Positions 47,390-60,674 of a stretch of DNA of 64,000 bases are shown here, one piece after another. The translations under genes were made by a program, and so were the position numbers. Source of the DNA: Schmidtea nova (Eukaryota); NCBI GenBank assembly GCA_044892505.1, contig CM097882.1, positions 407,092,001 to 407,156,000 on the forward strand. The letters are read 5' to 3'. Under the pieces are notes generated by a model. That model was given only the letters and a program-made list of their open reading frames with translations, made no database searches and was not told the DNA's origin. Within the stretch, counting starts at the first letter, position 1. Each line of letters begins with the position of its first letter.

Positions 47390-50240
47390 CTTTTGCTGGT
47401 TTGTTGGTGTGATTGTTCAACGGATGTTATTGGTCAGGGTAATCTCACCAACATAAACGCGCTTCCCCCGCTGATACTCATGATGTGTCCCTAACTACTC
47501 ATCATGTTGGAAATGCATCAACGTTGTGAAATGAAAAGGCAGGTGAGCAACCTTGTGGCTACTATTCCCTTATTTATTCACGGGTCCACCACTACCGATA
47601 GAAGGTCTGTGTGGTTTTATTCCGGTCCCACTTTACTTACGACTAGGGTTGATTTATCATTTCTCCAGCAATCTCCGAAAAAAATGAATTGCGTTTGTTC
47701 CGTTCACTCAAACATTCTTTTACCCTATTATACGTCATTCAATCATTTACACAACAAAGTCATTTAACGATACATTTATTTGAAATTTAGTAACACATTC
47801 GGATTGATCACCTTTATCAACTGTCTCTCGCTAAGTCCACTAAGAAGATCCACTTCGATCCCCATCCGCTCAGCAAAAGCCCTTCGCTCACGTCGTCGTT
47901 TCGCACCCAGTCGGTTTCTCTTTTTCATTCTCATGTTTATGACAATGGATACTGGCTTGTTTCCCTCGCTTCCATTGGGTGTAGGGTTTGATCGTGATAC
48001 GTCATCCGTTTGGGTCTCTATGGTTGCGTTCCGTGATGGTACCCATCGATCGAAGGTAGTCATTCGTACCTGGTCCTTTAGATGTTCAGCGACGAATTGC
48101 GATGAAACTGTTCGCAAGCATCGGTTTAATTCTACATTCACTGCGGCTAATTCGGAGGTTTGGTCGTCGAGCGCTCTTTGTATTCTATCTTTACCCTTCA
48201 GGATATCTTTTACCGCGGTCGGGCAAAACCAATTTCGGCGAGGTTCGTCGTTCTCTGCCCTCAACTTATTTATCATGCCTTCCAATTTCGCCTTCGGATT
48301 TGGTTGTATTCCTCGGGGTCTAATGATTTGGGTCGTCGTTCCATCTACAACGAAATATAGTTTTACCCTTAAATTCATCGACACGTTTCGTCGCTCCCCC
48401 GTTAATCTAACCCTTGGTGCAATTTTTGTTCAAGGTTTACAATATCCTGCACAATGCTTACAACAACCTTTGGTCGTTCCAATCATTCTTTCATTCAAAC
48501 GCTTCAAACCAACTCAATTAATATCGAACAACAAGCATTTATTTTTCATGACAATGCATCACTTCACCCCCTGGTCCTCGAATTGCAGACTCCATTCCTG
48601 AGCATACGCACTCTCCTCCTTCCGGATACCATTGGCATGATAATGGGCTGGATTCGGCTGCCAACTCAACCGCCGATTGTGCATGAATATTTCCTGCCAT
48701 TGGAGATTACGCATCCACGGCGAATCTTGATAGTTGGGTATCGGTACTCCACTCGGCAGATTCGAGTAAGGGATCTGCTCTCTGGTACGTAGATGCATCG
48801 GGCTTTCTAGCAAGATGTACCCTAGGTGATGAATGATTCGTAACGCTATCGGCTGGAATTGCAATATTCATCGTGGCGTTCCGTCCCTGTCCCGCAACTC
48901 TAAAAACCATTCTAGCCCACGACGTTGCGGACTATTATTGATCTGGGGCCAGTGTTCGTCTCCCGTCCATCTTATAGAGGGTGTCATCGATTCGGCGTTT
49001 ACAAAGGGTTTCAGGGAGCCAGTCTCCCTTCGCCAATGCCGTAGGTTTCTTTCGATGGTTTGCCTTAATCCTTTAGGCACGGTACTATCCAAATCCACTC
49101 TAGGTGAGATTCGCTGCCATCGCTTCGACTTAGGTGCTCTTGAGATTTTTGGCATAATATGATTTACCTAAATTTTAGCATTAATTTCCGTTGGTTTCTC
49201 ATACACTCTGACCATCATTCAACTGCATCTACTGGGATTTTCCTTTCCTCTCGTATCGCTTACTTCATCACCAACCCTATTCATCATCAGTGTATCATAC
49301 ATAGAGTTTATTAATGAATGGTACTAGTGTTGGTCTATTTACCAATCGTCACTACGACTTTTATGGATGAGCTACGCTTTGTTAGTTGCTTATTACCACA
49401 CATTTGTAACGCGATGGTCATCATATCGATCAGGCTCATTCGTTCGTAATTGCAATATGAACATTCACTACATATAAAGATTTTCTTCAGTCATTCGTTT
49501 GATAGACTCATTTATTTAACGTATCGTCAAGCAAGCTTCTATCTAATTCAATCTCAACAAACTCAATACTCCCATCCTCGATATTGTCCTTTGTCAACCT
49601 GATCCATCGCATTTATTCTAGGTCAGGACGTTTGGCTCTCATTAGAAACATTTCATCATGACCACACATTCTCGGGCGGAATTAATATCTGGGCCCTTGA
49701 GTGGTTGTATCGTCTTAACATTCCGGTGGTGGGTATCTCACAGGCTCGTGCCGTACATTGTCTTGGTACAGTTGTAGGTAAATGACTTTCCTAGCCTCAA
49801 GTACTAGTCAAAATTACATTGATATCGATCTGATCAATGATTCTTTTCAACCGGACATCTCGTATATTTTTTCCATTTACGATATCTCATGTGCAACCCC
49901 CTTTTCTCCCGTTCTATTAGCGCTACAACGCCGCATCAGCCATCCCCGCCAGGTGATGAGAAGCCCGTTTTTCGCCCTTCAGATTCTACGATCTCCGGGA
50001 CGCGACCTTATAGTTTTTCAATATGAGAAAATGCATGAGGGTTTATTACAGATATAATATCAAAACAACAAGTCACCAACGTACCTTTTATTCTGTTTGA
50101 TTCTACAGATGTCACAAAATTTTTGTTCAAGTCTCACGTCTGTATATAGGTAGATAGACAGATACTGAACTTATATACCACTACTTATATACTGTTTTGG
50201 CTTCGCCTTCTGACCAATCAGAATTCAGCACGGTAGCTTA
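47390..50240 (-). mobile_element. Unnamed module, copy C (longest): promoter-like head, long decayed frame, conserved segment, terminal unit
   Basis: GC-richer block. ORFs 49155-48868, 48864-48559 and 48384-47776 share one frame. 47400-47630 matches 57935-58175 at the nucleotide level. CCAAT box and TATATAA motifs at 50165-50222. Confidence 0.55.
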
Positions 50241-50561
50241 TTTGTCAATCATTTATTTTTATTGTTTGTTTTTCTTTCATTAAATCGGTGAGTTTTGGTG
50301 ATTACTCATTTGTTTATGATTTATTGATTCTATTTCTATTTTAGTTCTTTACAAACTATCCGAGCGGTTCACCCCCACATTTGCTGTGTTCAGTAATTTC
50401 ATTTCGCTCCGGTAATTCTATTGATAATTTTTATTGTTCATTACTTTTCTGTTTCAGTCCGCGGTGGTTTTCAATTACTCAATGGTAATTTATTATATAT
50501 TGTGCTATATACACAGCCATCTTCGATAAGAAACTAAACATAGCAATATCTTCAACTAATT

Positions 50562-50900
50562 TTACTCTAAATGCCTTTTATCTAATGAAATTAAATCATA
50601 CCCATATTCAAGAACAGATTCGTCAAATTTTTGTTTTCTTTCATAAAGGTTACTTCTCCTAATTCTTTTAACTACTTTGCATACCAATTTATTTTCCATC
50701 GCATCATTTAATTTTGGCCCCTCATCTGTAATTTTTATTTTGTCAATCAAACACCGTGTATCACGAGGAACTCCAGTTAAATATACCGGAAATATCCGTA
50801 TAGTAATCTTTGCATCTGTCCAATCAGAAGCTGTAGCATACATATGGTATTCATTCATAAAATAGAAAAATGCAAGTTGATCTCCAAGCGGAAATCCAAT
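50562..50900 (-). pseudogene. Ty3/Gypsy gag fragment
   Basis: F..Y..ASDW......FPVYLTG...L...R.Q...ESV.EY...L pattern. Confidence 0.55.
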
Positions 50901-51158
50901 ATTTCTTTTGACTATTGCATTGCATGAAAAATACTATAGTGTCATTAGTGTCATCTTATGGTAAAAATGGAGGGGTCGTTGAAATCTTAAATCGAAATAT
51001 ATATTAGGACAATAATACATTTCATGAGCTTAAATGAGGGAGAAATGGAAAACCAAGGTCCTAAATTGCCAAATTCACTGTATATTAACCGTCGCAGTTG
51101 CTAAGGCCTCAGCAAAAATTTTAAATTTTAAAATAAACTTCAATTTAAATTTATATAA

Positions 51159-52760
51159 CATGCATGGCCAAACGATGGCTTGCGAGCCGCATGCGGCTCC
51201 AGAGAAATATTGTTAAAATTAAATTTAAATTATTTTTTAGAAAATTTTTCATAAAAAATAAATACACATAAATTTTAACCGAATTTCAAGTGAATTTTTT
51301 TATGTTACGATAGTAAAGTTTTATTTGAGTTTTTTAAAGTATAAAGTTGTTATTTATATAAAGTTATTATTTTTGTTTATTTTTAAAAATAATTATAAAA
51401 ATAAAGCAAATATTCAAGGTAATTTTATTAAAATTTTAAATTAATTATTTCTTATTTACAAAATATTCTTTGACTTGTAGAATCTTACTATTTTATGAAT
51501 ATGCAGCGAACATATAAAGAAGAAAATCGAAGCTTCAAATCTGAATGGGAAGAAGATTATGGCTTCATTGACAAGAATGGAAAACCATTGTGTCTTATCT
51601 GAAAGCAATCGCTCGCTCAATATAAAGCCAGCAACTTCAAACGGCATTACGAGCAAAACCATGGTAAGTTTATATCTACATATCCACAAAAATCTAACTT
51701 AAGGACAAAGAAATTAAGTGATTTAAAATCTGAGCTATGTAATAAGCAGACAGTATTGTTGTCGTTCTTTATAGAAGCTAAAAGTTCGACCGAGGCTAGT
51801 TTTGCTATATCTTGGAATATTGCTCGTGCAAAACGTCCATATACCGAAGGTGAATTTATTAAGAAAAATATACAGGAAGTTGTAAAGATTTATTCGTTAT
51901 GTGTCTGCAGATGTTACAGTAAAAGAAGAATTACTTGATTTATTAGCACTTAAAGACACAACTCGCGGGATCGATATTAAGAATGCACTTGATATAATAT
52001 TAGCAAATACTGGTATACCTCTAAAAAATCTTGTCAGTGTAGCAACCGATGGAGCAGCTGTAATGTTAGGTAAAAATATAGGTCTTATCGGTCTTTTAAG
52101 AAGAGATCCAAAAATTCCAGATTTCCTATCAATTCATTGTATTATTCACCGCGAACATTTGGTAGCAAAATATTTTAAATATGAAAATGTAATGAAAATT
52201 GTTCTACAAATTGTCAATTATATCCGAACAAGCTCAAAGAACCATCGCCAATTCAAAAGCTTTCTTGAAGAGCTGGATCTGGAAGACCATCCCAATGACT
52301 TATCTTTTTATTGCCTTGTAAGATGGTTTTAAGCCGTTTCGTAGATTTAATCGGCCCTGTTACTGATTTCCTTAAAGAAAAGAAAGTCTTATCCACAATT
52401 AGAAGATGATAATTGGTTACATGATAAAATGTTTTTAACTGACATAATGCAACATTTACAATTGCTCAACTTACAATTACAGGGAAAGCAGAAAACTATT
52501 GCTGATCTTACTTAAACAATTTTCAGTTTTAAAAAAATTGATGCTATTTAAAAATGATTTAACTACAAGAAACCTTACTGAAAAGTAAATCTTCACAAAT
52601 CGAAGATCCAAAACTTGAATAATATCAAGAAAAATTACAGGAATTGATAAACGATTTCCAATTACGGTTTGGAGATTTAGAAATTTTTAAGACTTGCATC
52701 AATACGCAAATAATTGAAATTGTTTTTTTAAAAGAAATTTATTACCAAATTTATAATCAA
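51159..52760 (+). mobile_element. hAT transposon of the SPIN/Charlie (GTF2IRD2-like) group, internally deleted
   Basis: GAGCCGCATGCGGCTC subterminal palindrome, R.FK.EWE..Y.F....KPLCLI...KRHY, TDGAAVM, HCIIHRE.L and VRW. Confidence 0.88.
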
Positions 52761-53399
52761 CTTTATTGTCAAAGAAAAGTTAAAGAAGTTATCCTGATAA
52801 TTAGTCAAAAACAAAATATTAAACAGCCGAACCACCTATGTAGAAGAATTATAAAGTAACTTTTCGTAGTTTTGTCTATTAATGTAATAAAAGTTTATTA
52901 TAATTTGTTGGTTACATATTTTTCTTATCTTAAACTTGTATCGTTTAGTGGCAATACAGGCACGCAAGTATAAGCACACACTTCGAGTGTCCCAACAAAT
53001 AATAGTCGACGATCTCGGGCACTACAACATTTCTTACTATACACAAGATACATAGCATTGTACATAAATATTATATACCTTACCAATCAAACACATTCAT
53101 AAAATATATTATCACGTATTATCACGAGTATTTTACCTCGACGAGGCCCATATTGGAATCAAGATTTTCTTAGAATATTAAAATTAAAGAATGGGAAAAG
53201 TTTTTGAAGAATATTTGAAAAAGCGCTATTCAAATTAGGATTTTAATAATAAAAAACCTCCGAACCTCGAATAAGTGCCCCAACTTGAGTTGTGATAATA
53301 CGTTTGAGTATGATTTTGTGAATGAAATGAATACACGGACAATGTTTTGCGTATATGTGATATAACGCTTACCAATTGAATGGAATATTTAATTTTTAG

Positions 53400-54984
53400 A
53401 CATTACAAATCGGTTTATTCGATATCTAACTCGAAATTGAGACAGTCAACGCCGATGGCAAGAACACCTTACCAGGACTCTTCAAAATCTTAACATTTCC
53501 CGAGAATGTTCGAACTAATTTTATTTTGTCTGTGGATAGTATATATGTACCTAGATATAATTCTGGATTGATTTTCTCATTTGGATGTTCATGATGATTG
53601 ATTTAATAGTAATAAATTCTAATTGATGTGATTATTTATTTCTAATTGCCAATTTATAGATTATTTGTTAAATTAGGGACTCAAATGGACACTAAACCTT
53701 TTATCGGTAGCCCTTGAACCCACTGAAATTTTCGGTCAATCATAGTTCGATTTTTCGACGCTGACTGCTTGCAGACATCCACCATTTGTTGCATTACCAA
53801 CGTTACTTTGTGACGAGCAACAATATGGTTCGAGAATTGATGAATGAAGGAGAAATAGTAACTGAAGTTGAATGATTATTGATGATGGAAAATCTCGTAA
53901 TAAAAATAAGCTTTATTGTCTTTATTTTAAGTTTTTCTAATCGCTTTACGGTTGTTATGGCATAGAAAAGGAAAGGTCAGTCAGTGTGAATTTTGTTTGG
54001 CAGAGATTTAATGATAATGGAGTCAATAAGATAAAAGTTGTAAAATTAATTATTTCTGTTATAGATGCACAGCCACAGTAAAGCAGAAAAGGAGAAATTT
54101 AGAGAGGCCGACAGATTAAGATTGGAAGCAGAACGTTGTGCAAATAATTTGTTGCAAAGATTCCAGAATTTTGAACACACGCGGTTTGGCCCGGAGAAAA
54201 GCCCAGCAGCAAATAGAGACCTTAGAGAACAATTGATACAACGAGAGACCGAAATACGAGCATCGAAAGTAAGACGTTTTTGCAGAAAATCAAGACCTGG
54301 TTCACGAAGCCATTACCATAGCCATAAAACCTATAACAGATGTTGAAAACATGTTATTCCCAAGTGATGATTTACCAACTCTAGAAAACGCAATCAAGGT
54401 AATCCAATTGAAATGAGCTAGCAGAGTGCAAACGGCGTCAATTAATAAATATGGTTCGTATCACCGAGTACATTAGTTTGGATAGTTTACCGTAATTCAA
54501 CGTTTTAGGAAATAAACTTTTCTTGTGTTGTGTCCTGATTTTTGTTGTTATGAAGTTTTCTTTTTTGTTTTGGTCCTTAAATTATAAGCATTAAGAGGAG
54601 CGATGATGTTGGAGATGATTAAGCTGCGAAGGAATGTAAATAAAAGTAGAAAAGTATAGAAAGTAACAAGGAATAAAGATATGGGACCAGAAAAAATTAC
54701 CATAACCTTTTATCGGTGTTAAACGAAGCGAATGGATTTCCTGGGTATTAGCTTCGTGAAGACACAGGTTACCTTTTGCAGCATATTTAACCACTTGGAA
54801 CAGTACCAACTTTGTCTAGCGACGTGTGCCAAGCCAGAGGGATAAGTTATTTTTATGTTGGAGTATTGTAGGTTAGGTGTAAAGCAAGAATCTATAATAT
54901 AGATAATAAATATGTGGTTAAACGTTTACGTGACTATATAGATTCTATATAGTCACGTAAACGTTTAACCACCATAATCCAACA
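53400..54984 (+). mobile_element. Unnamed module, copy E (tandem remnants)
   Basis: Conserved segment at 53700-53830, coiled-coil ORF 54065-54346 (EHTRFGPEK..RETEI), a second diverged segment at 54590-54830, then TGTTGG (54856)...CCAACA (54984). Confidence 0.5.
54914..54972. repeat. Perfect 59-bp palindrome
   Basis: GTGGTTAAACGTTTACGTGACTATATAGA-T-TCTATATAGTCACGTAAACGTTTAACCAC. Confidence 0.97.
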
Positions 54985-55152
54985 ATTGTTAAAAATAGTG
55001 AAAATGTTATTTCAACTTATGAAATTTGTTCAGCATTTAATTAAATTAATGCACTAAAACAAAAGCTTTTATTAAGTTTTTTTGTTTAATTTGTTTTATT
55101 TAAAACAAGAATTATTTTATTTTTATTTTAACTTTTTATTTAAAATAACATA

Positions 55153-55462
55153 TTAGGTAATCCGGAATGAAATGTCCGAAAAATATATAATAATTTTAAA
55201 TCATCATAACTTTTTTATACAAAACGTATTTCTTTATTTTAAAGTTAAAATTTTAAGTAAGATTTATAATAATTTAGTTACTATAAATTTCATGTTCAAA
55301 TAGAAATGTAAAAGATAAGGTATAAAAAAGCTCCCGCAACGATGGCAAGAGTGTATTTATGTTGATTGGTCATATTTTGAATAAATAATAAATGTTTGAA
55401 TATATTTGTACGTCTTTTGATTTATAATCCATTTAGCGGACATTTCATTCTGGACAACCTAA
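55153..55462 (+). mobile_element. Internally deleted mariner element
   Basis: TA-flanked TIR TTAGGT..TCC(G/A)GAATGAAATGTCCG; the interior retains the mariner C-terminus KLPQRWQECI....YFE*. Confidence 0.88.
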
Positions 55463-56162
55463 TATTTAAAATAATTAATTATAAAATTCTTTGACTTTTT
55501 CTGTTTACCTAATTCTTTTTTGTATTTTTATTAATTTGTTATATTTATTTTTTTTCGTGGTTACTTTTTGCTCTTGCTCAAGTTAATTCTTATTTGTTTT
55601 AATAATTTTTTTTCCAGTGTTTCCTATTACTTTTGTTTATTTTGTGTTTGCTCAGATATTTGAGTATACTTCTTGTGCGGACTCTACATGCTACATTATC
55701 GAACACTCTCAAATTTATTTGATTTAGTTTTTTGCCCAATAATAGTGTTGTTATACAAGCCGAAAATCGATCTTTTAATAATTTTTAATTAAAAATTATG
55801 GTTAGTTACACCTTATAATGCAATATAGAGCGGTTGTTTAATATTATACGTAAGATCAACTGCATCCATGTCCGGAACGTAACTCTGATTAAAGGGTAAC
55901 TCGTACCTTAATCAGCCCATTAAGACAAAATTAACAACGAAAACAAAAACAACTAAATCATAAAGGTCGCTGATAAGGAAAAATGTTGACAGTTAGGAAC
56001 GTTTTCATTAAAGTAATGTTCAGCGTATTTGCGAATCTACAGAAGAATATTGAATAAGGTCAAATAATGATTTAACCCTTTCAGTACTATTGGTGCTTAT
56101 ACTATCTCCAAGGAATGATCAGATTATTGAGTTTTTATTTAAAATAGTAACAAAACTATTTT

Positions 56163-56486
56163 TTGATTTACACTGACTCTAATCGTGTTCTTGGTATCAA
56201 ATTCACAACAAAAAAATCAGTTAATTCAAATTCAACAATATTCTTAGATGATGAGGGTAAAACCATCAAGACATTTCTTTTATCAGAAAACTACAGTGTA
56301 GGACTCAAAAAATCCAGGGTAAATGTTTATGCAGAACCCGCCTGTGCAATAAATAACAATCAACCCAACATTCTATCAACCATATATACCACCTCAATCG
56401 ATCAATCCAAACATATAACTCCAGCAAGCCTCCCAATCAATCCAACCAAAATCCATACAATTAACTCAGGCATGATCATTGTATAA
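56163..56486 (+). pseudogene. Exonuclease-like family, copy 3 (C-terminal domain only)
   Basis: LD.E...I.TFLLSENYSVG..K.RVNVYAEP matches 7546-7800. Confidence 0.7.
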
Positions 56487-56897
56487 TTTGACAATTGAAT
56501 GATATAACTAACCTTAATATTGTGACTATTATCCCTTATATCTTTTTATTATCTTTGTATGGATCTTGATTTTTTATGTTATTTTTTTAATTGTACAATA
56601 AATAATATAATTGAATAAGTAATGATATTGCATTAGAGGCCAAAGACCAAATGTGAAGCAGTTCACAGTATATTGCGTAATTCAATATAATGTGTTAGTT
56701 ATTGCGCAATATACATGACTATTTAAGAGTGATCACTCTGTGTTTATATTAAATAAATCTTTAGATGGAACTGGTTGTTGTAACTGAATAACAGCTGAAT
56801 AATTTTTGTAATTTAATAACAGTTGAATTATTTCTAGATATAATCAATAACTATTCAACTTAGCAAAATACACGAAATATTAACAAATATTATTTAA

Positions 56898-57137
56898 CTC
56901 TTTGGGGCATGGCGGGATTAAAAGTGACCAACATTTTTGTTACTTGAATTTGCAGAGTGGGATTAATTAAGTCCCACCCTATAATTAAAAACCTAATGTA
57001 TTTTTATTTTTTAAATATTTTTTTTGTAGTTTTATTTCTTTATTAATAATAATAAATCAAAATTGTTAAAATTTTAATAAAAAATTTTTTGTGCAACACG
57101 AGCTTTTTTATTTGTCAAAATTCCATGCCTCAAAGAG
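56898..57137. mobile_element. piggyBac-type MITE
   Basis: TTAA-CTCTTTGGGGCATGG ... CCATGCCTCAAAGAG-TTAA. Confidence 0.85.
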
Positions 57138-57519
57138 TTAATATTATTTAAAAATATTATTTAATATACACAAAATATTTTATTAGCAGCTGAAATTGGA
57201 CAATAGACACTTAAAAAGAATTTTTATAATTAAGTAGTAAAAATTAGGTAACGAAAGGATTGTAAAATTGCCATAAAAACGTTATATTCATAAAATTAGC
57301 GTTTTTTAAAAAAAAACTTTGTTCTCAAAGGGTAATCCGGAGACATGTAAATTCGAGCAGACAAATACTCAACATATTTCAGTAAATCGCATTTGAAATA
57401 TAACATAAATTACATATTAGGGTATACATAACACGCGTACACACGCGCACAAATTTATTATTAATTATTGGAAATAATTAATTTAAAGCATAGTTAAGGA
57501 AAATTTCAACTCACAGGAG

Positions 57520-58175
57520 TCTGGAGACGCAAACCGAAGAAATCTCTACGCCGTCCAAGGAGGGAGAGGTACCGACATCGCAGCGGGTATACGAACTACC
57601 ATCAAAGACGAAAAAGAGGAATCGATTGGGAGCTAAGCGACGCAGAGAAAGGAGGGCATACGCGGAAAGGCTAGGGAGAGGCGGACTTGCTAAGCGGTTT
57701 ATCGGAGAAGTAGCTCTTGAATGTCATAAATACGAATGTGTTTTTAGGGTAAATATGTATTGTGGACACGGTGTCTTGTTTTTGTTTGATGAGTGATGAA
57801 TGTTGAATGGATTTATAAATAAGGGATAACGTCACATAAAGAAAATTTAAAAATTCCAGATGACCGGGAACCGAAACAAAATACATGTGAAATGTAGAAG
57901 TAATTAGATATCACGAACGTATAAAATTGGGACAGTAACAAATCCACACAGGCCTTCTATCGGCAGTGGTGAACCCGTAGCTCTAACAAGGGAATAGTAA
58001 CCGCCCAAGTTGCTCACCTGCTTTGTTAGTCTACAACGCTGGATGCAGTATTAACATGACGAGCAATCAGGGGCGAGTCATGGGCATCAACGGGGAGAAT
58101 ATTTTTATGTTGGTGGGATTGCCCTAATCTTTTAACATCAAATAAAATCCCATGTTAAACATCAACCAACAAACC
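57520..58175 (+). mobile_element. Unnamed module, copy D (3' part)
   Basis: ETQT..KRNRLGAKRRRERRAYAERLG matches copy C; the downstream segment and terminal unit match 47400-47630. Confidence 0.65.
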
Positions 58176-59399
58176 AGCAAAATAATTAGAGCTTTTTTGA
58201 AATCTGAGGATTTTTTGCAATTTCGTTTCAAAAAAATGTTATTGTAAGGCAAAGAAAGCCTCGGTGGGCCGCAAAAAAATGAAATTGGCCGCGGGTTGAT
58301 CATCCCTGCTCTTGTTTATCATAAAAAATACAACAAAAATAAGAGTTAACAGTAAGAGTGAATTTTGACCTTTTAATTGAAAATATCTTCAAAGATTTAG
58401 CGAATCCGGTGAAAAATATTGAATAAAATTAAATAAAAGTTATTTGCGAGTATTTTATTTGATTTTTGTCATTGTGACATTAATTGATATTAAATTTTTA
58501 CAATAAGATAATTTTGAGCGTATCTGTTTCCACAAATCTAAACAAGAAATAAGTATTTGTAAAATGTTAAACAAAGTCACAAATATAATAATGTAAAACT
58601 ACTAATCCTAATGATTGAGAAGATTTTAAATTCATAGCCCAATCCTTAAATTTGTTTCTATCAGTAGCAAACTAAACGTAAAAGGTAAAAATTATTTTAT
58701 TTTAATTTTTATTATTGCTTGCATTTGAAACTATATGAAGGGTTTTTACACTTTGTTGCTGTGAACAGCAATATAAAATCTTCTGATCATTTACTGCTCG
58801 CATTATATCACATCTAAAAACTTTACAATCGTTATCAAGCAGTAGTAAAATCAATTTTAAAACGTTTAATAGCAAATAAAATTTCAAAATAAGTTAGTTA
58901 AAAATTTTAATTCACTAAATTTTGTAAAAATTAAACAAAATGAATCATATAAAGCTAATAAAATAAATTTTCACCTGATAAGTCGACCAATAATTCATTA
59001 CTCAAAAGTAACATTTAGAATTGTAACAATTACATCTTTATTTTAACAAATTTAAAATTTTATAAATTTATTTTAAACTTCGATGTTGTTTAAGATAATT
59101 AAAACAATTTTCAATTTTTCACTTAATTTAGCAAATATCATAGTATTAAAATCTTTAAATAGACGGTTATATATGGTTATGTCGATTATTTAAATGTATA
59201 GTATTTAAATACTTTGATTTAAATAAATATTTAAATAAGTATTATTGAAGTTAAATGTTTTTTTCAAAGTAAATCTGATTCAACTGACGACCAGGCCTGA
59301 ATTTACTCTTAGGCTGACTAGGTTGAAGCCTATGGTCCCGAATGGGGGCCCAAATTTTGTATTATTATAAAAAATTAATCCATCTTTTAATTATTTGCG

Positions 59400-59516
59400 A
59401 CCAACTGTGAGGATGAAAAATCATTTTTAACATTATCTCGTGTTAAAAATCATATACGAAGCTGCACTGGACAAGACCGATGTAATGCTTTATCATTAAT
59501 GGCTGTAGTGCCTCCG

Positions 59517-59556
<40 letters not shown>

Positions 59557-59787
59557 GTATCAATGGCGGATTCAACAGGGGCGTGGGGGGCGGGTCGCCC
59601 CCCCCCCGCTCCTGTTGAATCTTAATTGGCGCCCCCCAAAGATAATTTTTATGAATGTGTACAAGCATTAAGATTAATCCGATCACTGACACTGACAATT
59701 TAATATATCTTTGATTTGGAAGAGCTAAATGGATTGAAATGTTTTCTACTATCACTGCAGCATACAGCTGCTCAGAGTCACCGTTTA

Positions 59788-59824
<37 letters not shown>

Positions 59825-60150
59825 GATAGTACCTATTACTCAGCTATGTTGTTAAACATAGTTGATGCAGCACAGCAGCAGGCATATTCTTCAGTAGTGT
59901 AGATTACAGCTTACTCAGCAGTGCTGAGACTGCCACTAGCCAGACGGCCTGGCCTTTCTCTTATTACAGTTTTGTCTGTACAAAGTTCAACTGGATTTAA
60001 GCAACTCCAGCTGTTATGCTGCATCATATTATTAATATTACATAGCTCCTGTGAAGAGCGACAGTCTGACTTTTTTAAGCTTGTATAGTGTTTGTACATA
60101 AATCTAACCATAATAATTATTGTCAATTTGGACAGTAGAGTAGGGGGAGC
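59400..60150. pseudogene. Scrambled hAT transposase fragments with small MITE and (TA)n insertions
   Basis: hATC-like TNCEDEKSF..LSRVKNHIRS...QDR and LMLVHIHK on opposite strands. Confidence 0.45.
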
Positions 60151-60674
60151 GCCCAAGAACAGGAACAGACCCCCCTAAAAAATTTTTTTTAACCCCCCCT
60201 AAAAAATTTTTTTTTTAACCCCCCTAAAAATTTTTTTATTTTTTAATTTTGTTTAAATGAAGTGAATTTTTAAATTTAAATTTTTTGTTTAAATGAAGTC
60301 AATTTAATTTTATTATTTTNNNNNNNNNNNNNNNNNNNNNNNNNNNNNNNNNNNNNNNNNNNNNNNNNNNNNNNNNNNNNNNNNNNNNNNNNNNNNNNNN
60401 NNNNNNNNNNNNNNNNNNNNNNNNNNNNNNNNNNNNNNNNNNNNNNNNNNNNNNNNNNNNNNNNNNNNNNNNNNNNNNNNNNNNNNNNNNNNNNNNNNNN
60501 NNNNNNNNNNNNNNNNNNNNNNNNNNNNNNNNNNNNNNNNNNNNNNNNNNNNNNNNNNNNNNNNNNNNNNNNNNNNNNNNNNNNNNNNNNNNNNNNNNNN
60601 NNNNNNNNNNNNNNNNNNNNNNNNNNNNNNNNNNNNNNNNNNNNNNNNNNNNNNNNNNNNNNNNNNNNNNNNNN

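Noticed and set aside
47780-48601. 273-aa plus-strand ORF and other antisense ORFs over pPolB, Tigger, integrase and Penelope
   Set aside because: Shadows of coding sequence on the opposite strand; family homology supports the other strand.
47776-50050. Alternative genetic code (TGA readthrough) to explain repeated stops
   Set aside because: TAA, TAG and frameshifts are equally present, and intact ORFs use standard stops. CGA>TGA and TGG>TGA decay is sufficient.
47390-50240. Ambisense densovirus/parvovirus insertion
   Set aside because: No SF3 helicase, HUH or PLA2 motif found despite the convergent layout and TATA/CAGT head.
52906-52997. TGTTGG...CCAACA as the 5' LTR partner of 54856-54984
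   Set aside because: The interiors do not align and no convincing PBS follows.
58250-58310. hAT-like end (...GGTTGATCATCCCTG) as the right TIR of the 51159 element
   Set aside because: Only a partial match to the left end and no 8-bp TSD identified.
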